This document shows, one piece after another, positions 28,693-37,763 of a DNA stretch of 64,000 nt (within the stretch, counting starts at the first letter, position 1; each line of letters starts with the position of its first letter). Source of the stretch: a virus. Position numbers and translations under genes: made by a program. The notes below the pieces were generated by a model. That model was given only the letters and a program-made list of their open reading frames with translations. It ran no database searches and had not been told where the DNA came from. The DNA lies in IMG/VR virus record IMGVR_UViG_3300042484_001245, positions 1 to 64,000 of that record; one strand, 5' to 3'.

Positions 28693-30099
28693 ATGCCATT
28701 CTCATTTGGACTAGGTAACAGATCAGTTTTTTCTAAAGGTAATAGAAGTGATATTGTTACAGACAATTTGGTGTTTAATATTGATGCATCAAAAACAACA
28801 AGCTACCCAGGATCAGGAACTACTGTCAATGACATTAGTGGACAAGGAAACACAGGAACATTAACAAATGGTGCTTCAGTTTCAAGTGGTTCGGTATCAT
28901 TTGATGGATCAAACGATATTCTTAATATTACACACAGCTCATCATTAAATCTTGATCAAACATTTTCGATTGGTGCTTGGGTTAGAGCAAATGCATTGGG
29001 CAACACAACAGACCCTTTTGGTGCGAACATCAACGCCATCGGAAATCGACAAATAATATACTCAACACGAGTTAATAACGCAGCAGGATGTTTTCAACTT
29101 GAGCTAACCGGAACTACTATATCTGTGACTGGTGTAGGAACATTTGTTATCTCAGCCGGAACAATCGCAGCAAATACCTGGTACTATATCACTTATGTGA
29201 GAAACGGCTCTGGTTCAGGAACTATCTACATAAACGGTGTTGCACAAACTCCATCAACAACCACAGCATACACATTTATAGACAACACCGACACAAAACA
29301 AATTGGTGGTGGTGGATCGACTGGTACTGGACAACCATTCAACGGAAGAATTGGTGAACTGCACTTATACAAACGTGCTCTTTCTCAAACCGAGATTTTA
29401 CAAAATTATAGTGCAACATCACAAAAATATTCAACTTTAGTTACAACCAATCTTGTAATGCATTTAGACGCTGGAAATGCTTCAAGCTACCCAGGCTCTG
29501 GAACAACCTGGACTGATTTAAGTGGCGCAAATAGAAATGCAACACTTCGTCCGGGCATGACATACTCCTCCAGTGAGGGTCAGGGCTCTATAGTATTTAC
29601 ACCAACAACATATGCAACAATTAGTGGAACAAGCTCATTTATTCATAATACCGCATATACAAAATCTGTGTGGGTGAAATTCACATCAACAGGAAATTTC
29701 AAAAATTTAATATCGTCAGCAAACAACAATGCACACGCATTTTGGGTTCCTGAAGGTTTTAATGGAGTGCTTCAGAAACTATGTACAGGACATAATGGAC
29801 AATGGACTGCAACTGCCGGTGCAACAACCATTCAACCAAATGTGTGGTACAATTTTTCTATGACATTTAGCCCAACAAATGGAATGAGAGTGTATATTAA
29901 TGGCGTATTGGATGGTTCAAATTCTGCTCAAACCGCAACATTTAGTCCATCCGACAGTCCTCTTTATATAGGTTCATACGGTCTATTGGATAATGGTTTT
30001 AATGGATTTATGACAACTGCGCTAATATACACCAGAGAGTTGTCGGCACAAGAGCTGTTGCAAAATTTTAATGCAACAAAAAGTAGACATGGTTTATAA
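28693..30099 (+). CDS. tandem LamG/concanavalin-A-like lectin domain protein (putative receptor-binding)
   Basis: two copies of VT.NLV..(I/L)DA....SYPGSGTT..D(I/L)SG...WY....(I/V)YING...Y.R.LS..E(I/L)LQN. Confidence 0.85.
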   Translation: MPFSFGLGNRSVFSKGNRSDIVTDNLVFNIDASKTTSYPGSGTTVNDISGQGNTGTLTNGASVSSGSVSFDGSNDILNITHSSSLNLDQTFSIGAWVRANALGNTTDPFGANINAIGNRQIIYSTRVNNAAGCFQLELTGTTISVTGVGTFVISAGTIAANTWYYITYVRNGSGSGTIYINGVAQTPSTTTAYTFIDNTDTKQIGGGGSTGTGQPFNGRIGELHLYKRALSQTEILQNYSATSQKYSTLVTTNLVMHLDAGNASSYPGSGTTWTDLSGANRNATLRPGMTYSSSEGQGSIVFTPTTYATISGTSSFIHNTAYTKSVWVKFTSTGNFKNLISSANNNAHAFWVPEGFNGVLQKLCTGHNGQWTATAGATTIQPNVWYNFSMTFSPTNGMRVYINGVLDGSNSAQTATFSPSDSPLYIGSYGLLDNGFNGFMTTALIYTRELSAQELLQNFNATKSRHGL

Positions 30100-30121
30100 A
30101 AATTTGCTGTAGGCACCAAAG

Positions 30122-30604
30122 ATGAAACACCATCTGTACGACATACTTAAAGATTACACACAGTCTGTCGCAGATGGTTTTTCATTTGGTGGACTATTCA
30201 AAAGTGTTCTTTTGCTTGTAGCTGCATTTTTAGCTCCAATAGCGACTGTCATCTTTGCAGTGATGTTCTTGATCTTTGTGGATCTTATCACTGGCGTTTT
30301 AGCTTCCATAAAAGAAAAGCAAACAATTACAAGTTCCGCTATGTCAAGAACCATAGCAAAGACATTTGTTTACTGTACAACCATAATAGTGACTTATGTG
30401 GTACATAAATACTTACTGGTAGGCTTCGACTTTCCAGTAGAAAGTATTGTGTCTGGTTTCATAGCTCTTACAGAGATGAAATCAATTTTGGAAAACATGG
30501 ACAGAATCAGCAATCATTCTGTTCTTAGAGACTTAATACTAATATTTTCTAACGAGAGGGAGAGACGACTGCCACCGAAACCAGTCAAGAAAGACAAAAA
30601 GTAG
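30122..30604 (+). CDS. phage holin-family membrane protein
   Basis: hydrophobic helices; DLITGV..S......ITS..M..TI.K; E..SILEN; basic C-terminus. Confidence 0.75.
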   Translation: MKHHLYDILKDYTQSVADGFSFGGLFKSVLLLVAAFLAPIATVIFAVMFLIFVDLITGVLASIKEKQTITSSAMSRTIAKTFVYCTTIIVTYVVHKYLLVGFDFPVESIVSGFIALTEMKSILENMDRISNHSVLRDLILIFSNERERRLPPKPVKKDKK

Positions 30605-30613
30605 GCGTGGCAT

Positions 30614-32482
30614 ATGGCTCTCATCACAAGCACAATACAGAATGTTGACGTTGCAAAACTGAAACATGAAATTGAAAGTGCTGGCAACTACAAAGTACAA
30701 AGCATCACAGTAACATCTACAGGTGTAGATGTTGTTGTTTTAACGACAACTGGCGCCGACATTCCTGAAGTCGAAGCAACTACACTCAAGACCAGTGTTA
30801 TCGATGCACACCAAAGTCAACAACGAAGAAGAATAATTGTCAAAGATGCTCCAGCAAATGCTGACGAAGCTGCGAATAAGCAGTTTGTCGATTCAGCATT
30901 AACTGATGCAATTGATGAGCGCATTTCTGAACTTGTTGATGGTGCGCCAGAAGCTCTCGATACATTAAAAGAACTAGCAGAAGCTCTTGCAAATGATGCA
31001 GATTTTGCTGGAACTATTTCCACACAACTCAGTGATCTATCAGACACAACAAGTGCAATTGACATTCGAGTGCAAGCTGTTGAATCAGATGTTGTTACAA
31101 TAGCATCTAGTGTCGAGCAAGAAATAACTGATAGAATTGCTGGTGATATAACAACACTCACATCAGCAAACACATATACTGATACACAAACGGCAGCTAT
31201 TGAAGCAACTCTTGCGCCAGTAGCAACAACTGGATCATACAACGATCTTACAGACAAGCCAACATTGTCTACGGCAGCTGCAACTGGATCGTATAACGAT
31301 CTTACAGACAAGCCAACTATACCTGCGAACTTGTCTGATTTAAGTGATGTTGCAGTATCGTCTCCAGAAACAAATCAAATCTTAAAATACAACGGCACTG
31401 AATGGGTCAACGCACAGAGCTATTTTGGCACTGGTTCATATAACGATCTTTTAGACAAGCCGAGCCTTGCTACGGTCGCAACAACAGGATCATATGATGA
31501 TCTTAGTGATAAACCAACACTTGCTACTGTTGCAACAACAGGATCATACAACGACTTAACAGACGTGCCTGTGATACCATCAGCAATACCTACGGGTATG
31601 ATTGCACCGTTTGCTGGTGCAGCTGCGCCGGCTGGATGGTTATTATGTGATGGTACTCCTGTGCCAAGAGAAGACTACTGGGATTTGTTTTTAGTGATTG
31701 GTGTTTCGTATGGTTCAGGAAATGGTTCATCAACATTTAACGTGCCTGATCTTTGCAGTCGAGTGCCTATTGGCAAAGGAAAAACAGTAAACACATCACT
31801 GGGGGATAATGACAATATAGCAGAAGAAAGTAGGTCTCTACAACATTCACACAATACAACGTTTTCTGGCCACTATCATGACATGACTGGTGCTGGATCA
31901 ACGCTTACAACAAATATAGGACACACACATACGGGCTCTTATGCGGTTTCAGGATCTGTTACCGTGAATGCATATAATCTTGCACACAGTCATGGTGGTT
32001 CAACAGGTAATGACAGCCCAGATCACACACACGGTGTAATTGGTAGCACAGCAACTGATGGCTCACACAATCACTTAATGCCAACGTCCAGAGGAAGTGC
32101 AACAAACAGTGTTAGTGGTAAAGTTGATAAAAATGATGGTGATACTGTTAGTAACACTGGAACAACAGACACGGGAACAAATTCAAGCACACACTCACAC
32201 GCAATAAGTTTTACATCACAAGGTGCAAACCAAAGACATACACATACATTTTCCACCAATAGTACGACTATGGCAGTGGCAGGAAACTCACTAGATCACA
32301 GCCACACAACGTCTCACAATTTAACAGTTAGTGGTCAAACATTATCCGCAACTCCAGTTTCTGCTACAGGAAGAATTGGAAAAGTTACGGGTGGACTCGA
32401 TGGAAATACAGATCAAACAGTATCAAGCACAAATACAAACGGTGTCAACTATTTAATAGTTAATTACATCATCAAAACATAA
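30614..32482 (+). CDS. tail-collar fibre protein with HxH-rich tip
   Basis: APEALDTLKEL; TGSYNDLTDKP repeats; PTGMIAPFAG..APAGWLLCDG...FNVPDL collar; nine HxH; ends VNYIIKT. Confidence 0.85.
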   Translation: MALITSTIQNVDVAKLKHEIESAGNYKVQSITVTSTGVDVVVLTTTGADIPEVEATTLKTSVIDAHQSQQRRRIIVKDAPANADEAANKQFVDSALTDAIDERISELVDGAPEALDTLKELAEALANDADFAGTISTQLSDLSDTTSAIDIRVQAVESDVVTIASSVEQEITDRIAGDITTLTSANTYTDTQTAAIEATLAPVATTGSYNDLTDKPTLSTAAATGSYNDLTDKPTIPANLSDLSDVAVSSPETNQILKYNGTEWVNAQSYFGTGSYNDLLDKPSLATVATTGSYDDLSDKPTLATVATTGSYNDLTDVPVIPSAIPTGMIAPFAGAAAPAGWLLCDGTPVPREDYWDLFLVIGVSYGSGNGSSTFNVPDLCSRVPIGKGKTVNTSLGDNDNIAEESRSLQHSHNTTFSGHYHDMTGAGSTLTTNIGHTHTGSYAVSGSVTVNAYNLAHSHGGSTGNDSPDHTHGVIGSTATDGSHNHLMPTSRGSATNSVSGKVDKNDGDTVSNTGTTDTGTNSSTHSHAISFTSQGANQRHTHTFSTNSTTMAVAGNSLDHSHTTSHNLTVSGQTLSATPVSATGRIGKVTGGLDGNTDQTVSSTNTNGVNYLIVNYIIKT

Positions 32483-32492
32483 GAGTAGAGAT

Positions 32493-33725
32493 ATGCCGAT
32501 TACACAATCATTCATATGCAGAGAACGTGCTGTTAGAACAAGTGCAACGTCATATACGATTGCAAACATTCCTAACGCAAACACTGAGCAAATCTTTGCG
32601 AACGGTGTACTTCAGAACTTTGGTCCAGATAACGACTACACTTTGTCTGGAAAAACAATCACATTCAACAGAAACATTGAAGCTGATGAAGTTATACTTG
32701 TCAATTATATCTTAGATGTTTTTGTCGCTCCACCTGAAGACGCAACCATAACGGGAAAAGGTCTTGAGGGAAGAAAAAATTTGATTCATTGGTGCTTACG
32801 AAAACTTGGTGCACCAGTTATTGATATTAACGTTGATGAAGATCAAATTGAAGATCGTATTGATGAAGCTCTGTTGTATTTCAGAGACTATCACTTTGAT
32901 GGTGTTGAGCGTGTATATCTTCGTCATCAAGTTACTGCATCTTCTCTCAAACTAGAAGCACCATTTACTGGTGAAATACAGAAGGGTGCAACTATTGTTG
33001 GTCAAACATCTGGCGCTGCTGGTTACGTATACGACAAGTATGTTGATGGCACAACAGTTCGTTTTAAGCATTTAACAACTGCAAAGTTCATCAAAGGTGA
33101 AACTGTAGCGATTGATGGCACATCAGATACATTTCAAATACAAAACTCTGACGTAGCTGTTACACTTGGTGATGTTGACAATCACTACATTACACTCAAT
33201 CAAAAAGTATTGAGTATCACAAACATTATTCCACAAGAGTCATCGTCTATTGGTGGCAATCTTGGTGGTATGTTTGACTTTCAATACCAGTTTGCATTGA
33301 ACAATATGTTCAATCTTGCTTCAACTGATCTTGTTACATATGACATCTATAAGCGTTACATCTCTCAATGGGAATTCATGTTCAGGGGTGCTCGTGGAAT
33401 CAGATTCAACAGAAAGACTGACAGAGTTGAACTCGACATACAAGACTGGATCGTTGATCAATGGATCGTTCTTGAGTGTTGGTCAGCACTTGAGCCATCA
33501 ACGTTCACAGAGATCTATACAGACGAATTCGTTCGTGAGTATGCATACAGTCTCATCAAACAACAGTGGGGTGCAAACTTAAAGAAGTTCTCTGGTATTT
33601 CGTTACCTGGTGGTGTACTTCTCAACGGTCAACAAATTTACGATGAAGCAACAGCTGAACTTGAAAAACTTAGAGAGCGTGTTCGTAAAGAGTTTGAGTT
33701 GCCGCCTGACTTTTTGATAGGATAG
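32493..33725 (+). CDS. gp13: neck protein gp13 with extra N-terminal module
   Basis: LI.WCLRKLGAPVIDINVDEDQIEDRIDEAL.YF.DYHFDG; LIKQQWG.NL.KF.G..LPGGV.LNG. Confidence 0.93.
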   Translation: MPITQSFICRERAVRTSATSYTIANIPNANTEQIFANGVLQNFGPDNDYTLSGKTITFNRNIEADEVILVNYILDVFVAPPEDATITGKGLEGRKNLIHWCLRKLGAPVIDINVDEDQIEDRIDEALLYFRDYHFDGVERVYLRHQVTASSLKLEAPFTGEIQKGATIVGQTSGAAGYVYDKYVDGTTVRFKHLTTAKFIKGETVAIDGTSDTFQIQNSDVAVTLGDVDNHYITLNQKVLSITNIIPQESSSIGGNLGGMFDFQYQFALNNMFNLASTDLVTYDIYKRYISQWEFMFRGARGIRFNRKTDRVELDIQDWIVDQWIVLECWSALEPSTFTEIYTDEFVREYAYSLIKQQWGANLKKFSGISLPGGVLLNGQQIYDEATAELEKLRERVRKEFELPPDFLIG

Positions 33726-33728
33726 TTT

Positions 33729-34586
33729 GTGGGTAGCAATAAGTATTTCAACTTATATCATCAGAAACAAGAACAGAGTCTTCTCAACGACCTTGTTGAA
33801 GAGTCTGTGCGCATTCACTCTATTCAGGGTATTTACATACCACGAGAGTCGAGTGGTAATGTTGATCCATTGTTTCGTGAAGATGTACTGAGCAAATTCA
33901 ATGACTATCACCACGTTGATTTGTACATCAAGAACGTAGAAGCATTTGAAGGAGATGGTGACATCTTCAGAAAGTTTGGTCTTGATATTAAAAACCAAAT
34001 CACGTTTTCGATTTCTCGCAAAAGTTTTTCAAAGATCTTTGGTCGAGAGATGTCACGTCCACGAGAAGGAGATCTCATCTACATACCATTGAGTATTGCA
34101 GATGCACTCTATGAGATTCGTTTTGTGCGTGAAGATAGCGTCTTCTTCAGTCTCGGTGAGTTTTACCTCTACGACTTACAATGTGAGCAAGCAACGTTTG
34201 ATGATGAAAACATCAAAACAGGCATTGAAGAGATTGACACAATTGGAGATGAACTATCTCAGATGTTCTTACTCAAACTTGATCCATCTTCTGGTTCAGG
34301 CACATTTGAGTATGGAGAAACTATCTACCAAGGCGAGTCTCTTGAAACAGCTACAGCTAAAGGCACGTTCATATCAGTAGAGCTAAACAACACAATCAAA
34401 ATCAAAGATGTGTATCAAACTTTTAGAGCAGAAGATGGTCCAATTAAAGGCGTCAAAAGTGACACACAATTTGACCTCGATGTGAGCTTCGATACGACAG
34501 ATATTGTCGAAGACTTTGGAGCAAAAAACAAAGACTTCATTGTGATTGATTTTACAGAGAACAATCCATTCTCTGAAGAGGAGTAA
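33729..34586 (+). CDS. gp14: neck protein gp14
   Basis: EQSLL.DLVEES.RIH....YIPR; KFGL.I..Q; RPREGDLIY.P; DFTENNPF. Confidence 0.92.
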   Translation: MGSNKYFNLYHQKQEQSLLNDLVEESVRIHSIQGIYIPRESSGNVDPLFREDVLSKFNDYHHVDLYIKNVEAFEGDGDIFRKFGLDIKNQITFSISRKSFSKIFGREMSRPREGDLIYIPLSIADALYEIRFVREDSVFFSLGEFYLYDLQCEQATFDDENIKTGIEEIDTIGDELSQMFLLKLDPSSGSGTFEYGETIYQGESLETATAKGTFISVELNNTIKIKDVYQTFRAEDGPIKGVKSDTQFDLDVSFDTTDIVEDFGAKNKDFIVIDFTENNPFSEEE

Positions 34587-34588
34587 TC

Positions 34589-35422
34589 ATGTTTCATTCA
34601 CCGTTCTATCACTTTACCATGCGCAAAGCAGTAGCGAGTTTTGGCTCACTGTTTGCAAACATTTTTGTTGTAAAGAGAGACAAAGATGGTAAAGAAGTTG
34701 AGCGAGTCAAAGTGCCACTTGCATACGGTCCAGCTGAACGGTACATTGTTCGTAATCAAGAAGATCCTGAACTTAGCAGAAACTATGCACTGAAGTTGCC
34801 ACGAATGAGTTTTGAGATTAAGTCACTTGAGTACGACTCACAGAGAAAACTCAACACACTTCGCAAGAATATACAGCCACTGCCAGAAGATCCTACAACT
34901 GTTGTTCGACAGTATCAGGGCGTGCCGTACAAGATGACGATAGAGCTTTCGATCATCAGCAAATTTATTGATGACTCAAATCAAATTATTGAACAGATTT
35001 TGCCATGGTTCACGCCAGCGTACACTGTGACTATCAGAAGCATTCCTGGAATGAATTTTCTCGATGACGTAGCAATCACACTCAATTCACTCAACTTGCA
35101 AGACAACTACGAAGATGACTGGACAACTCGTCGTGATGTCATTTGGACGCTTTCATTTGACTTGAAAGTAATGTTCTACGGACCCACTAAACAGTCGCCA
35201 GTTATTCAACGTGCAATTCAAGACATCTACGCCGCAAACGGCGACTTGAACGATCCAGAAGTATTAGCAAAACAGTCTCGTGCTATACGAAGTACGATCA
35301 CGCCTAATCCAGACAATGTGAACTACAACGAAGAGTTTGGATATTCTGAAACGATAGAATCTTTTACTGATGGAATGCGACTAAATCCTATTACTGGAGA
35401 AGACGAACCCATCGAAGACTAA
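34589..35422 (+). CDS. gp15: tail terminator/sheath stabiliser gp15
   Basis: FYH...RK.V..FG.LF; KVPLAYGP; LPRMSFE; QIIEQILPWF.P. Confidence 0.93.
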   Translation: MFHSPFYHFTMRKAVASFGSLFANIFVVKRDKDGKEVERVKVPLAYGPAERYIVRNQEDPELSRNYALKLPRMSFEIKSLEYDSQRKLNTLRKNIQPLPEDPTTVVRQYQGVPYKMTIELSIISKFIDDSNQIIEQILPWFTPAYTVTIRSIPGMNFLDDVAITLNSLNLQDNYEDDWTTRRDVIWTLSFDLKVMFYGPTKQSPVIQRAIQDIYAANGDLNDPEVLAKQSRAIRSTITPNPDNVNYNEEFGYSETIESFTDGMRLNPITGEDEPIED

Positions 35423-35441
35423 ATGAGTTTGTGTGTGAATT

Positions 35442-35978
35442 ATGAGTGATGAGAAAGATATTATAACAAAATACGATGTGCAACAAGAATCGTTCGTTGC
35501 AACTGAAGAAGATCTCAAGTCGCTAGTGCAGCATACAGCACCAGTCACTGAGACACAGAAAGTTCAGCATACGCCTGAGCCAACTCCTGCTGAGTTGCCT
35601 GTACAGTTTGAGAAGAAAGAGATCGTTCAAGCTCCATCAACAGAGAACGACATTCACACAGACTATCAATACATTCGCACAAATCTCTATACGATTACAG
35701 AGCGTTCAATTGATGCTCTTAACAATCTTGTACAGATAGCAGATCAGAGCCAACATCCACGTGCGTATGAAGTAGTATCACAGCTCGTCAACACAATAGC
35801 GAGCGCACAGAAAGACTTGATTGGCATTCATGCAACTCGTGCAAAAATTGACGCTCTCAAGAATAAGGGCAAAAGTGGACCTGACGTAGTAAACAACAAC
35901 TTGTTTGTTGGCAACACTGCACAGCTCGATGAGATTATTAAGAACATGAACAAGAAACACGATGACAACGACGAGTGA
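35442..35978 (+). CDS. gp16: terminase small subunit gp16
   Basis: DY.Y.R.NL; A..S.HPRAYEV; NNLFVG.TA.L. Confidence 0.9.
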   Translation: MSDEKDIITKYDVQQESFVATEEDLKSLVQHTAPVTETQKVQHTPEPTPAELPVQFEKKEIVQAPSTENDIHTDYQYIRTNLYTITERSIDALNNLVQIADQSQHPRAYEVVSQLVNTIASAQKDLIGIHATRAKIDALKNKGKSGPDVVNNNLFVGNTAQLDEIIKNMNKKHDDNDE

Positions 35979-37635
35979 TGACACAACACACGCAGTAGCA
36001 CCTGACGGCGTTCGCAATCATAAGAACAATCCTAACCTCAAGAGCACTGGGGTTCAGTACATCTTTACTAAAGAGCAGATTGAAGAACGCATCAAGTGTA
36101 TGCAAGATCCGATTTACTTCATTGAGCGATACATGAAGATCGTTCACGTAGATCGTGGTCTAGTGCCGTTTGATCTGTATGACTTTCAGAAAACGCTCTT
36201 ACACTCATATGTAGACAATCGTTTTACGATAGCGAAACTTCCACGTCAGGTCGGTAAATCTACAGTAACAATCGCATACATTCTGTGGACTGTTCTCTTT
36301 GGTCCAATGCAGAACATAGCAATACTTGCGAACAAAGCAAGCACAGCTAGAGACATCTTAGCTAAACTACAGTTAGCGTATGAGCACATTCCTCTCTGGA
36401 TGCAACAAGGTATCGTCTCATGGAACAAAGGTAGCATCGAACTAGAGAACGGAAGTAAAGTTATCGCAAACGCTACAGCATCAAGCGCAGCACGTGGTAG
36501 CTCATACAACGTCATCTTTCTTGACGAGTTTGCGTTCGTGCCTAAGAACATTGCAGAAGAGTTCATTACTTCTGTGTACCCTACGATCTCTTCAGGTAAG
36601 ACGACGAAAGTTATCATGGTCTCGACCCCCAATGGGATGAACTTGTTCTACAAATACTGGACTGATGCTGTCAATGGGCGAAACTTATACAAACCTGTCG
36701 AAGCCCACTGGAGTGTAGTGCCTGGGCGAGACCAAGCATGGGCTGAAGACCAGATTAAACAGTTAGGGCAAGACAAGTTCGATCAAGAGTTTGGTTGCGA
36801 TTTCATTGGAAGTGCTGGAACCCTCATCTCTTCAGCGAAACTTTCAGCGATGGCATGGATACCCCCTATTGAGAGAATCGGAGACTTACACATATACGAA
36901 GCGGCAAAGCAAGATCACATCTATGTAATGTCAGTGGACACAGCGGAAGGACAGGGCTTAGACCACTCAGCGTTTATTGTTATAGACTGTACAAGTTTGC
37001 CGTACAAAGTTGTGGCACGATACTACAATAGCAAGATAACACCGATGCTGTATCCAAACGTAATTTACAACGTAGCTGCACAATACAACAATGCTCACGT
37101 ACTTATCGAGACTAACTCTATCGGTGGTCAAGTTGTAGAAGTGCTACACAATGAGCTTGAGTATGAAAACGTGTTCTCGACTACAAACATGGGTCGAGGG
37201 GGTCAGAAACTTAGTGCTGGATTTAAGAAGAACTCGAAACTTGGAATCAAGACGACTTCTCAGATCAAAACAATTGGTTGTGCGAATCTCAAAGCATTAT
37301 TGGAATCTGATAAGATACTCGTTCAAGACTTCGACATGATCTCAGAGCTAACATCGTTTGTAGCATCAGGAGGTACGTTCTGTGCTGAACCTGGGTGTCA
37401 CGACGACTTGACGATGTGCCTTGTGTTATTCTCATGGCTCTCGGCACAACCCCTATTCAAAGAGATGACTGATACGGATGCTCGAAAGAGACTGTTTGAA
37501 GAGAAGGTCCAAAATATTGAAGAGCAGATACTACCCTTTGGATTCATCAATGACGGCGACAACGGCACAGGGTTCTTGGATGACGACGGTACTCTATGGC
37601 ACACTGTCGGAGACGATGTTTCAGACGAGTTCTAA
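35962..37635 (+). CDS. gp17: terminase large subunit gp17
   Basis: LPRQVGKS Walker A; IFLDEFAFV Walker B; STPNG; HDDL.M nuclease. Confidence 0.97.
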   Translation: MTTTSDDTTHAVAPDGVRNHKNNPNLKSTGVQYIFTKEQIEERIKCMQDPIYFIERYMKIVHVDRGLVPFDLYDFQKTLLHSYVDNRFTIAKLPRQVGKSTVTIAYILWTVLFGPMQNIAILANKASTARDILAKLQLAYEHIPLWMQQGIVSWNKGSIELENGSKVIANATASSAARGSSYNVIFLDEFAFVPKNIAEEFITSVYPTISSGKTTKVIMVSTPNGMNLFYKYWTDAVNGRNLYKPVEAHWSVVPGRDQAWAEDQIKQLGQDKFDQEFGCDFIGSAGTLISSAKLSAMAWIPPIERIGDLHIYEAAKQDHIYVMSVDTAEGQGLDHSAFIVIDCTSLPYKVVARYYNSKITPMLYPNVIYNVAAQYNNAHVLIETNSIGGQVVEVLHNELEYENVFSTTNMGRGGQKLSAGFKKNSKLGIKTTSQIKTIGCANLKALLESDKILVQDFDMISELTSFVASGGTFCAEPGCHDDLTMCLVLFSWLSAQPLFKEMTDTDARKRLFEEKVQNIEEQILPFGFINDGDNGTGFLDDDGTLWHTVGDDVSDEF

Positions 37636-37663
37636 TCAAGATTGCTATATAGCGTTTCATTTT

Positions 37664-37671
37664 TATAAATA
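37664..37671 (+). promoter_or_regulatory. late promoter TATAAATA
   Basis: exact consensus upstream of gp18. Confidence 0.8.
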
Positions 37672-37763
37672 ATTGATGCAATACGCTTGACTATATCAGA
37701 CATACCAAAAGTGTTGGTATCATTAGTGATATAACATCGATTTAAGAGACAAGGAGACACAAG

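Noticed and set aside
26485-31570. Repeats as a DGR template/variable pair
   Set aside because: Differences are mostly synonymous and not adenine-specific; no reverse transcriptase in the window
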